From NCBI GenBank assembly GCA_000004985.1, contig GG738888.1: 64,000 nt of DNA, one strand, 5' to 3'. Positions 56,360 through 64,000 of this stretch are shown here, one piece after another. Below the pieces are notes generated by a model that did no database searches, had not been told where the DNA came from, and saw only the letters and a list, made by a program, of their open reading frames with translations. Source of the stretch: Naegleria gruberi (lineage: Eukaryota). Position numbers and translations under genes: made by a program. Numbering within the stretch: the first letter of the stretch is position 1; the number at the start of each line of letters is the position of its first letter.

Positions 56360-56728
56360 CTTATTCTCCTCAACTGTTAATATTCGCTCGCTTTTTAAAC
56401 AATTATCTATTAAAATACTAATACTACGGAATCAATGATCAAACAACACAAAGAATGGCAGCTTATGTTGTTGTGGCGTAATGAGGATTTTTTTTAAGGC
56501 TTTGATTTTTAAAAATTTACGCCTTAATTTTTGTGTAACGGTTAGGAAATTGAACTTTTGAACATACCTACACCTTATTCTTCTCGGAATTGAGAACGTC
56601 TTCATCTGTCCCACTCTTTTCAAATAAATATATAATGTTATGAATATCTTGGGTCTGTTTCAATTCTGTTGATCTTATTGGCTTGTTATTTCCTAATGAT
56701 ACTAGTTGGTACCAACATATAATATTGT

Positions 56729-59323
56729 CTATTTGAGAGAGGAGGTGGTATCGTTTGTTGAATTTGAATCCACACTAATGTATGGTTTGGTTTGATGGAG
56801 TGGAATGGCTGTATTTAGTATTGTCATATCTTGTTGTTGTGGTGGTACTGATGATGGTGATGGTTGTTGTTGTTGAATGGTATGCTGATGTTCAACAGTG
56901 GTATCATTAATGGATTTGTTATGAGATCCAACTCTTCCTAATACCTTGGAAACAAATTGATTTTCAAATTCCTTCATTCCAATATAGTGAGTTTTGTAAG
57001 TTGGTGTTTGTTTCAATCTGCTAAAGGCGTCAATCATTTGAAAAGTTACCAAACTAATAAATTTCTTCTTCCAATCCAATTTGCTTGTGATAATTCCTTG
57101 ATGACTGATTGGAACTTGAGTTATTGTCGATTCCTCAATCACCATTTCAAGTTTTTTCAAATTAGTTTCCAAACTGTCCTTCAATTTGAATGAAGTTGCC
57201 TCTGCATTTAGTATATTCTTCAAAACATAATTTGGGAATATATTTGTAATGTCCTGTTCGGTAAAGTTTGAATTCTTTGAGACAAAAATATAGACTTCCA
57301 ATAACTCGGCTCTGAATTCTGCGGCCAGAAATCTTTTCATAATATCTACACAGAGTACATCGTCCACTTTGTGAGCGAAAAAAAATTCCATTTCTGATTT
57401 CAATTGTTTCAGACCTTCAAACTCGAGGGCTGGCTGTCTAGATTCGTACCAATAAATGAGAATCAAATAACCTGGTTCAAAACAAACCAAACAAACTTCA
57501 AATAATGTTTTGGAAATACCATAAAGAGAATATCCAATAATATGAGTGGCCATCATATTCGTAACTGGTAAAAAGTACACTTCACTCATGTAACTTCCAT
57601 TAATCAAGCTCAGAGCAAAGTAAAGTATTCCAGCCAGTGCAGTAATAATAACAGCTAAAAACTCTGCATGATATTTAAAAGTATCGTCATAAACAAAATA
57701 CCACTTGACAACTTTGGTAAAACTTCCCAATTGTTTGATAATTCCTCTATTGGTCAGCAAGTATAATGTCGTAGAACTGAGACTGAGAAAAATCATTACA
57801 GCAAATGCACCTATGGTCAAATAATCTAAAATATCATTCTTTAAGGTAGTATCAGCAATACCAGAAACTAGGTAAATTAAAATAACCTCAAAACCAATTA
57901 AAAGAATGGAGCAAATAATGTAAGTGATTTTGGATGAAATAATTCTGAACCAGAACGTTTCCTTCCTCTCAGATTCATAATACTTCTTGTAGAACCATCT
58001 ACAAAGAAAGTATCTCACCGTTTGCAAGGTATACAATGAAAATACCAATACCAGGACAGCAGTCATGACAAGGTTCATATAATAATTGTCAAAGGATGCC
58101 ATCACAAAACCAAATCTCAATACACTCACCAGAAAGAATAGAACTGTTGAAAAGTAGGGCGAGAAGAATCTCGATTGAATATATCTATTCCTTCTAGCCT
58201 TGACCAGCATTACCAAAAGACCAATGCAAACAAGTGCCACAATGAAACAAGAAATACCCTTCCAAATATTGTAGAATGGTCTTGTTTGAAAAAAAGCTGC
58301 ATTACATTCCTTTTCCCATCCATGTGATTGAGTCAAGTTGAAAATTTGAACCACTTCGAATAGTTGCTCCTCCTTCAGAAATGGAGCCGTGTAAGACTCA
58401 TTTCTCGAAAATTTAACAAACTCTTGTAGTCCAGTATTTTTCTTGAACACTATTTGCACAATAGTTTTACCATTCAAACGTGGCAATAGGGTATTATCGA
58501 TGTTGAGTTTAGTTGTCAATTGAATAGGATAAAAGGAGTTCAATTGCAAGTCCTGATGGGTTAATTCACTCCTATTAGAATTGAAAATTAAATTCTCCAA
58601 TTTAGTAGCTGGTCGACGACACTCTTCAAAATGTGTCTGATTCCTGTAAATGATACACACTGAATACGAATATTCTCCAAACGTATCCAAATTCCTAGGT
58701 AAATAGCTAACATGATTGCAGAAAAAGTAATAGGGAACATTAACAAGCATGCCACTAGGAGTAGTTGTTAAAGTTTCTGAAGGTGTGACTGAAGTAAGAA
58801 ACGAAATTCCATGACAAATAATAGTCCTATCAATACTTGATGATTTTAGTTGAAATTTCATGTTACTCATCATTGATTGATTAACACCCCCTGAAAGAAT
58901 TAAATCCCATTCCACTCGTACAGGTCCAGTCACTAGACAATTATTAAATAAATTCGTAGAAATCCCAGCAGTAGCCTCCACCATCATCACATTTTCCAAC
59001 ATTAATAAATTAAATATCCAATAATAACAAATTATATTGACAATAATTCCAGATATTGCTCCTCCCTTTTGATGATGATTATATTTCCTGTTGTTCGTTA
59101 TCATTTCTCTCCGATAAAAATCATAAGAAAAACACAAGCAGTCTCTCTTTGATTTCAGCACAGTCGCCACACAATCCAAAATTGTTGTGGGTGGCCCTGT
59201 TTTTGCTTTTTCGTAGTGTGGAGCTTTTTTTTGTGTGTTTGATTTGTGGTTTTGCAAAGACATAATTGGCAGAATATCATACACGAATGGGCATGTTCCC
59301 AACCAGATATGATCATATCTCAC
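56729..59323 (-). CDS. 7TM receptor-like protein with large Cys-containing N-terminal ectodomain and C-terminal RGS-like domain
   Basis: Seven hydrophobic helices lie between residues about 360 and 620. The C-terminal KRFLAAEFRAELLEVYIFVSKNSN ... ITNIFPNYVLKNILNAEATSFKL ... matches RGS consensus FLKSEFSEENIEFW....FKK ... I...Y......A..EVNLD. Confidence 0.45.
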   Translation of the reverse strand: MRYDHIWLGTCPFVYDILPIMSLQNHKSNTQKKAPHYEKAKTGPPTTILDCVATVLKSKRDCLCFSYDFYRREMITNNRKYNHHQKGGAISGIIVNIICYYWIFNLLMLENVMMVEATAGISTNLFNNCLVTGPVRVEWDLILSGGVNQSMMSNMKFQLKSSSIDRTIICHGISFLTSVTPSETLTTTPSGMLVNVPYYFFCNHVSYLPRNLDTFGEYSYSVCIIYRNQTHFEECRRPATKLENLIFNSNRSELTHQDLQLNSFYPIQLTTKLNIDNTLLPRLNGKTIVQIVFKKNTGLQEFVKFSRNESYTAPFLKEEQLFEVVQIFNLTQSHGWEKECNAAFFQTRPFYNIWKGISCFIVALVCIGLLVMLVKARRNRYIQSRFFSPYFSTVLFFLVSVLRFGFVMASFDNYYMNLVMTAVLVLVFSLYTLQTVRYFLCRWFYKKYYESERKETFWFRIISSKITYIICSILLIGFEVILIYLVSGIADTTLKNDILDYLTIGAFAVMIFLSLSSTTLYLLTNRGIIKQLGSFTKVVKWYFVYDDTFKYHAEFLAVIITALAGILYFALSLINGSYMSEVYFLPVTNMMATHIIGYSLYGISKTLFEVCLVCFEPGYLILIYWYESRQPALEFEGLKQLKSEMEFFFAHKVDDVLCVDIMKRFLAAEFRAELLEVYIFVSKNSNFTEQDITNIFPNYVLKNILNAEATSFKLKDSLETNLKKLEMVIEESTITQVPISHQGIITSKLDWKKKFISLVTFQMIDAFSRLKQTPTYKTHYIGMKEFENQFVSKVLGRVGSHNKSINDTTVEHQHTIQQQQPSPSSVPPQQQDMTILNTAIPLHQTKPYISVDSNSTNDTTSSLK

Positions 59324-59390
59324 TGTTTACATGTTTAATGGAACAAACTTGAGAATCTTGAGAATGGATTTAATTGATGTTTTATTTGAG

Positions 59391-60619
59391 TTATAAGAGA
59401 GTAGCTCTTTCACCAGAGACACGTTTGTAATTCCTTACAAACATGACAACGGTCACAATGAGTAAGGCAACTGCAAAGATTAAGAAGAGAGCACATAGGG
59501 AAATAATGATACCAAAGAAGGCCTTACCAACTTTCATATCTTCTGAAATCACACAAGTATTCTTTGAGGCATTGTAATCATAACCATCATCACAAGCGAA
59601 TGGACAATTGTTGGTAGTGGATGAGTTGGTGTAGACTGCATTTTCAGCTGGCTTATTAGTACAAGCAGTACAGGAAAGTTGACCTGGGTTATATTCACCA
59701 ATGGCACATGGAATGCAGTTCTTCTTTTCAGCAGAGAAACCAAATCCAGGATTACAGCTGGTCAAGATACAGGTTGGAACATATTTACCAGTGTTGGTAT
59801 TACAATTTTGAACACCTTGTCCATTGGTCAAGTTACATGCCTTGGTTTGCCATTTAGCACAAATATCAAAGAATTTCATAGTATCAATCCAAACCTTTGA
59901 TCTATCAACAGCACTTTCCTTAGTATAACTCAATCTGAAATCAGAACCTTCAAAGAAGAATTCCAAAGGAGTTAATTCATTTTGATTCCAAGCATAAGCT
60001 TCACGAATGGCAAATCTGAATCTTGATTGAACTGGAAGTGGCTTTGGAGTAACATCTGAATTAATGTTCAAACTCTTAATATCAGCAAGTAAATCTTCAA
60101 ATTCATAAACTTGACCACCTGGAACTTGTGCAATTTGTTGTGGTTGACCACTCAAACCACCAACGACAACAGTCTTTACCTTTTGAGATTCTTGGAGGTG
60201 ACGAGTGAACAATGCACAAGTGGAGGCACATCTACCATTTGAGAGGAGAATGAAATCATCTGGTGAGTACTTTAACAAATCTTCACCAGTGAAATAGTAA
60301 TTATCAAATGATGGTTGACAATAATTTTCCTTAAGAATGGATGAATAGAATGCTGGTTTTCCATCAGTACCTCTAATGTAACTCTTTTGATTGGTATACC
60401 AAGTTTCATCTTTGAAATTCTTTCCATCAATAGTCTTCCAAGTAGCAAAATTCCAAATAGAATCAGCATCTGGTGACAATTTGGTTCCAGCAGTTGCTAA
60501 TTGTCTTCCCAATTCTGTGGCAATCATGTCAGTTCTAGCAAAGAGAGTTTCAAAATTGCTAGAGAAGGCATTAGAGTGCAAATATTTAATGAGGGCATAA
60601 CCCAAACATTCTTCACCAC
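59391..60619 (-). CDS. Peptidase S41 (tail-specific/C-terminal processing protease)-like protein, exon 3: Cys-rich region + C-terminal TM anchor
   Basis: The frame is open upstream to an AACAAATAG acceptor. It continues GG-GEECLGYALIKYL. A Cys-rich EGF/TNFR-like stretch, C.P..C..GY, and the TM helix FGIIISLCALFLIFAVALLIVTVVMF follow. Confidence 0.55.
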
Positions 60620-60698
60620 CTATTTGTTATTAAATTAATCAGAATAGTATTAGTATTTGGAAATTATTTGAATAATAATGTTAAAATAGAATACATAC

Positions 60699-61727
60699 CA
60701 CCATTGTTGGTAACATCGACAATAATACGTGGAATCTTATTGAGCTTGGCAAGATACATGGCTGTTTGGAAATCTTTAGCAAATTGAACTTCATCTTTTG
60801 GAACAAAAGATTCAACAGTAATAACACCAACCTTTCCATCAATTTGGAAATAATTAACTTGATCACCAGTGATGAGATTGACAATATTGTGAGTATCCTT
60901 GGTTGCTTTAGACAAAAGTGGAAGAGTTCTCTTTTCTTGGAGAGGATCGACCTTCTTTTCCTCATTGGTCAATCTAGCTCTATTAGCAGTAGCAAGACAT
61001 GAGGCATAGAAATCGTTTGGTGATTGATAATTAATCAATGAAGAACCAACCCAAGGAATATTAACAGTACTAGTAGTTCCATCAGTAGCCAAAATTTCAT
61101 AGGAAACAATTTCACCATTAACTGGGAATCCGAGTCTATTCAAAGATCTAGTCATGAACAAGTTAGAGATGGCAACATTGAAACGAGCTCCTTCATCCTT
61201 GTAACCACCAGCATTAGCATTAGCCCAATCGACAATATGTCTAATAGCAACCTTTCCATGAATTTTGGTAATTTCACCTCCAACAAACTTTTTCAAATCA
61301 TATCCCAAACCAGTATAATAATCAATAATTCCAGAAGCATTATTGAGAGAGGCAATTCCAATCTTTTGAACATTATCAGCATCATCGAGATAGGAAATGA
61401 TAGAGAATGGTTGTCTCAATACTAAATTTCCATAACATTGAGGAGCAAAATATAAAGTATGTCCATCATTGAGTTGTCTGAAGAGAGCAACAATTGATTG
61501 ATGGAAATCAAAATCATATTCAAAGGTTTCTTGGGAAATCTTTTCCAATTCAGCCAAAAGATCAACTCTAATATTGAAACGTGGATCGGTAGCATTCTTT
61601 ACATATTCACGAAAGACGTACATTGGAATTGTCTTTTGAATACTAGAAAGTGTTTGTTTAGAAATTTCGGAATCCAATGTAATGTTATAAACACATGATT
61701 TAATCGAGTCGTATGAAATAGGAGTAT
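60699..61727 (-). CDS. Peptidase S41-like protein, exon 2 (79-bp intron 60620..60698)
   Basis: The exon ends IIVDVTNNGG-G|GTATGTATTC (phase 1). Joined with exon 3 this gives VDVTNNGGGG, compared with S41 consensus (L)IIDLRNNGGG. The frame is open upstream to a TGAATAG acceptor at 61728-61729. Confidence 0.55.
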
Positions 61728-61926
61728 CTATTCAATCAATAGTATTATTAATGATGATGATCCATGTTTAAATTCCAAGTTGATGATGATGAAATTTACA
61801 ATATAAAATAATTCCAACGTCATCATGATGACGATTTAATAAAAACAATTTTAAATTCCAAATTTAATTAATAGGTAATGATGAGTTATCCACTTTGAAT
61901 TTTCATCAATTTTTAAGAATACCTAC

Positions 61927-62044
61927 TTGGTGTAAATTGACAAACATTTTGAGCCTCCGAGAAACCACACAGCACAAGGCAGCTAGTGGCAACGACCACA
62001 AGCATCAACGTGGACAGCAAGTGAGAGGACATTCTAGAGTTCAT
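61927..62044 (-). CDS. Peptidase S41-like protein, exon 1 = signal peptide (199-bp intron 61728..61926); not present in ORF track
   Basis: ATG at 62044 encodes MNSRMSSHLLSTLMLVVVATSCLVLCGFSEAQNVCQFTP. The exon ends CCA-A|GTAGGTATTC (phase 1). Its phase matches the exon 2 acceptor. Confidence 0.45.
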
Positions 62045-62199
62045 TATTTTTTTTAAAGTCGAAAAAAGCAATTCACACAAAATCACTGCAGTAATAACGT
62101 TTTGCAGTTTTGGGAAGTATCATGCAAAACTAAAATTGTACAACTCCGAGAAGGAGATTTTTCGGAGTTCATTGTTGAGATATTGGAAGCGCAACTAAT

Positions 62200-63546
62200 T
62201 TATTGTTGTTGACTATATCGTTCTTCCAAAGTTTCCAAAACTGAGATGATTGTCACGAGACCTTGAATAAAGTTGGTGTCGTAAACTGGTTGATGGAGGA
62301 GGTTTTGGTGAACGTGGGAAAAATCAATAATTTTCATTGAAAAGTTCTTGTTTCTATCGTAAACAATTAAAAGTGAGCTAGCATACATTCTAAATTTGTC
62401 GTTTTTCTCTGTGAATAAATGGTGAATCTTTCTTACTTCTTTCAGTAAAAGATTAGTGACGTGTCTTCCTACACTAACACGAGTTTCTTCATCAAACCCA
62501 TTACTAAATAAGAAAGTTTCCATTGCTTCAACAATAGTATCAGGGGTGACACTTCTTCCCCACTGTCTATCAAAATATTGATATTCCTTTTTTACAATGT
62601 CATAGATTTTAGCTCCACTAATTCTCATTCCTAGTTGGTGTTGATAGACGTACTTGGATTCTTCTTCCAAAATCTTTTGTGGTGAGGCATCTTCGCCATA
62701 GGTTCTTTGACCCATTTTAATGTCCATCACATTTGGATGATCCATATTAGCTGTAATATCCTCTAATACTATAAAATCGATTGGTTTGAAAGTTTGTTGT
62801 GAAGGAAGTGTTGGTGTATTGGCAGGTGACACTGATGATGAGGACACTTCCGATGAAGATTGACTATTCAAATCACTATTAGTACTAACACCTGCTTGTT
62901 GTAAATATAAAGTATCCATCACTGAGCTGTTTGATGTAATATCAGGTATTTCTCCTTCTTCCAAAGGTACAAAAGTTCTTTGCACTCCATAATATTTCGG
63001 AATGAAAGGAAGAAGATAGGCTGCCAATTTAACTTGATTCTCATAGAAATGAACCTCTGACCACGATCTCTTCTTTCCTGGTTGTATTGCCTTGTATATT
63101 TTACAATCCCTGACCATCAATGAAAGTTCCTTTTTTTTCTTTCTCGTTCCATGCCCAGCCACTTGATTCATACAAGCCTCCAAACAATTTATATCAATAG
63201 GTGTAATCTTCAACTCTCCATAATCTGTTTTTTCAATATAGTACTGTTCTTGTTGATCAGCAACTAATGATGAGGATGACTCTCCACTGACGGCGGACAT
63301 TTTTCGCTTTTTTTTTCTTCTTCGTTTTTTCAATTGTTTTGTATTGATGTTGTCTTGTTGTTGTTGTATTGTTGGTGATGATAATGATGATGGAAAAGAA
63401 TCTTCATCTGGTGTTGAGCAGTATTCTTCTTCTCCTTCATCATCATCATTCGTTGGTGCATTAAAGATATTGTTATTATTAACGATCATTTGAAGATTGA
63501 ATTGGTTGCTGTTATCGGAATACAGATGAGTTTTAAAAGTTTTCAT
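62200..63546 (-). CDS. Inositol polyphosphate kinase (IPK/IP6K/IPMK family)
   Basis: IPK signatures: QVAGHG, P.VMDIKMG (PxxxDxKxG inositol-binding), SSLLIVYD and IDFSHV (catalytic SSLL and IDF motifs). Confidence 0.8.
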   Translation of the reverse strand: MKTFKTHLYSDNSNQFNLQMIVNNNNIFNAPTNDDDEGEEEYCSTPDEDSFPSSLSSPTIQQQQDNINTKQLKKRRRKKKRKMSAVSGESSSSLVADQQEQYYIEKTDYGELKITPIDINCLEACMNQVAGHGTRKKKKELSLMVRDCKIYKAIQPGKKRSWSEVHFYENQVKLAAYLLPFIPKYYGVQRTFVPLEEGEIPDITSNSSVMDTLYLQQAGVSTNSDLNSQSSSEVSSSSVSPANTPTLPSQQTFKPIDFIVLEDITANMDHPNVMDIKMGQRTYGEDASPQKILEEESKYVYQHQLGMRISGAKIYDIVKKEYQYFDRQWGRSVTPDTIVEAMETFLFSNGFDEETRVSVGRHVTNLLLKEVRKIHHLFTEKNDKFRMYASSLLIVYDRNKNFSMKIIDFSHVHQNLLHQPVYDTNFIQGLVTIISVLETLEERYSQQQ

Positions 63547-64000
63547 CAGCCATGTGATGATGAATATCTAGATCACGAAAAACTTGGGGTGATGATGAAC
63601 TTGGTTTTTTTATTAATTTAGAATTTGGAAAAAAATTGAAATTATAAAAAAATTCAAGTTTATGAGTGAATTATTATTTACTACAAGAATGGATTGTGAT
63701 TTAGATATGAGACTTGCCATCAAGAATGATAAAAGAGTGATCATTGTAAAAATTGAAAATGTACCAATACCAGTAACAACAACGGAAGAAACCAAATGTG
63801 AAATTATTGATAACTGCACCCAAGAAGTATCTACAGAACATATCAGTAGTATCAGCAGTCCATTCGAATCTCATTTCAACTGGTGAAGTAATTGGTTGAC
63901 CAATGATTGGATATTGTGAGCTATATTGAACATTGTAATTGATTTGAGTTTTCTTATTTCTTTCTCTCAATTGAGAAGCAACTTGTGGTGGAATAACAAC

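Noticed and set aside
63701-63970. ORF running off the 3' end of the window (minus strand) and 63662..63886 plus
   Set aside because: Neither can be evaluated at the window edge. No motif was recognised.

Overview
This is an AT-rich eukaryotic nuclear contig, probably from a unicellular protist, with a standard genetic code (ORFs end mostly in TAA). Genes are densely packed on both strands. There are four RNA polymerase III tRNA genes, each followed by a T-run: Ser-GCT, Leu-CAA, Asp-GTC and Ile-AAT. Two N-run assembly gaps are present, at 24590..25984 and 34924..34973. Many ORF-track entries are fragments of one gene split by very short spliceosomal introns. I reconstructed several junctions by conserved-motif continuity across GT..AG boundaries, using donors GTAGGT, GTATGT and GTAAGT. 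These cover a CLC chloride channel, an RCC1-repeat protein, a TTLL, a beta-mannosidase, an NHL-kinase, a hybrid histidine kinase and an S41-like peptidase. The S41-like peptidase has a signal-peptide exon that the ORF track does not show. Other recognisable genes are TMEM147, NIP7, a secreted M20 peptidase, a UBL-UBA protein, a thioredoxin-like plus RGS protein, a DENN-domain protein, a GNAT acetyltransferase, LZIC, an inositol polyphosphate kinase, a 7TM protein with a C-terminal RGS-like domain, and an EGF-repeat type I membrane protein. The most unusual region is 26.0-34.5 kb. It holds a tandem array of seven members plus one decayed pseudogene of a small, basic, lineage-specific protein family. 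The family has a conserved N-terminal motif (DET.KT..RI.KK..K.....LRK.L.N..L.NYFV...EK....FR) and a C-terminal LFLLQLCCAL motif. The array shows a recent higher-order two-gene block duplication and has an AT-hook protein gene embedded in it. Next to it lie two tandem paralogs of N-myristoylated proteins with an LRAT/PLAAT-like His...NC(Q)HF signature, flanking tRNA-Leu. No CRISPR array, rRNA or clear transposon was found.
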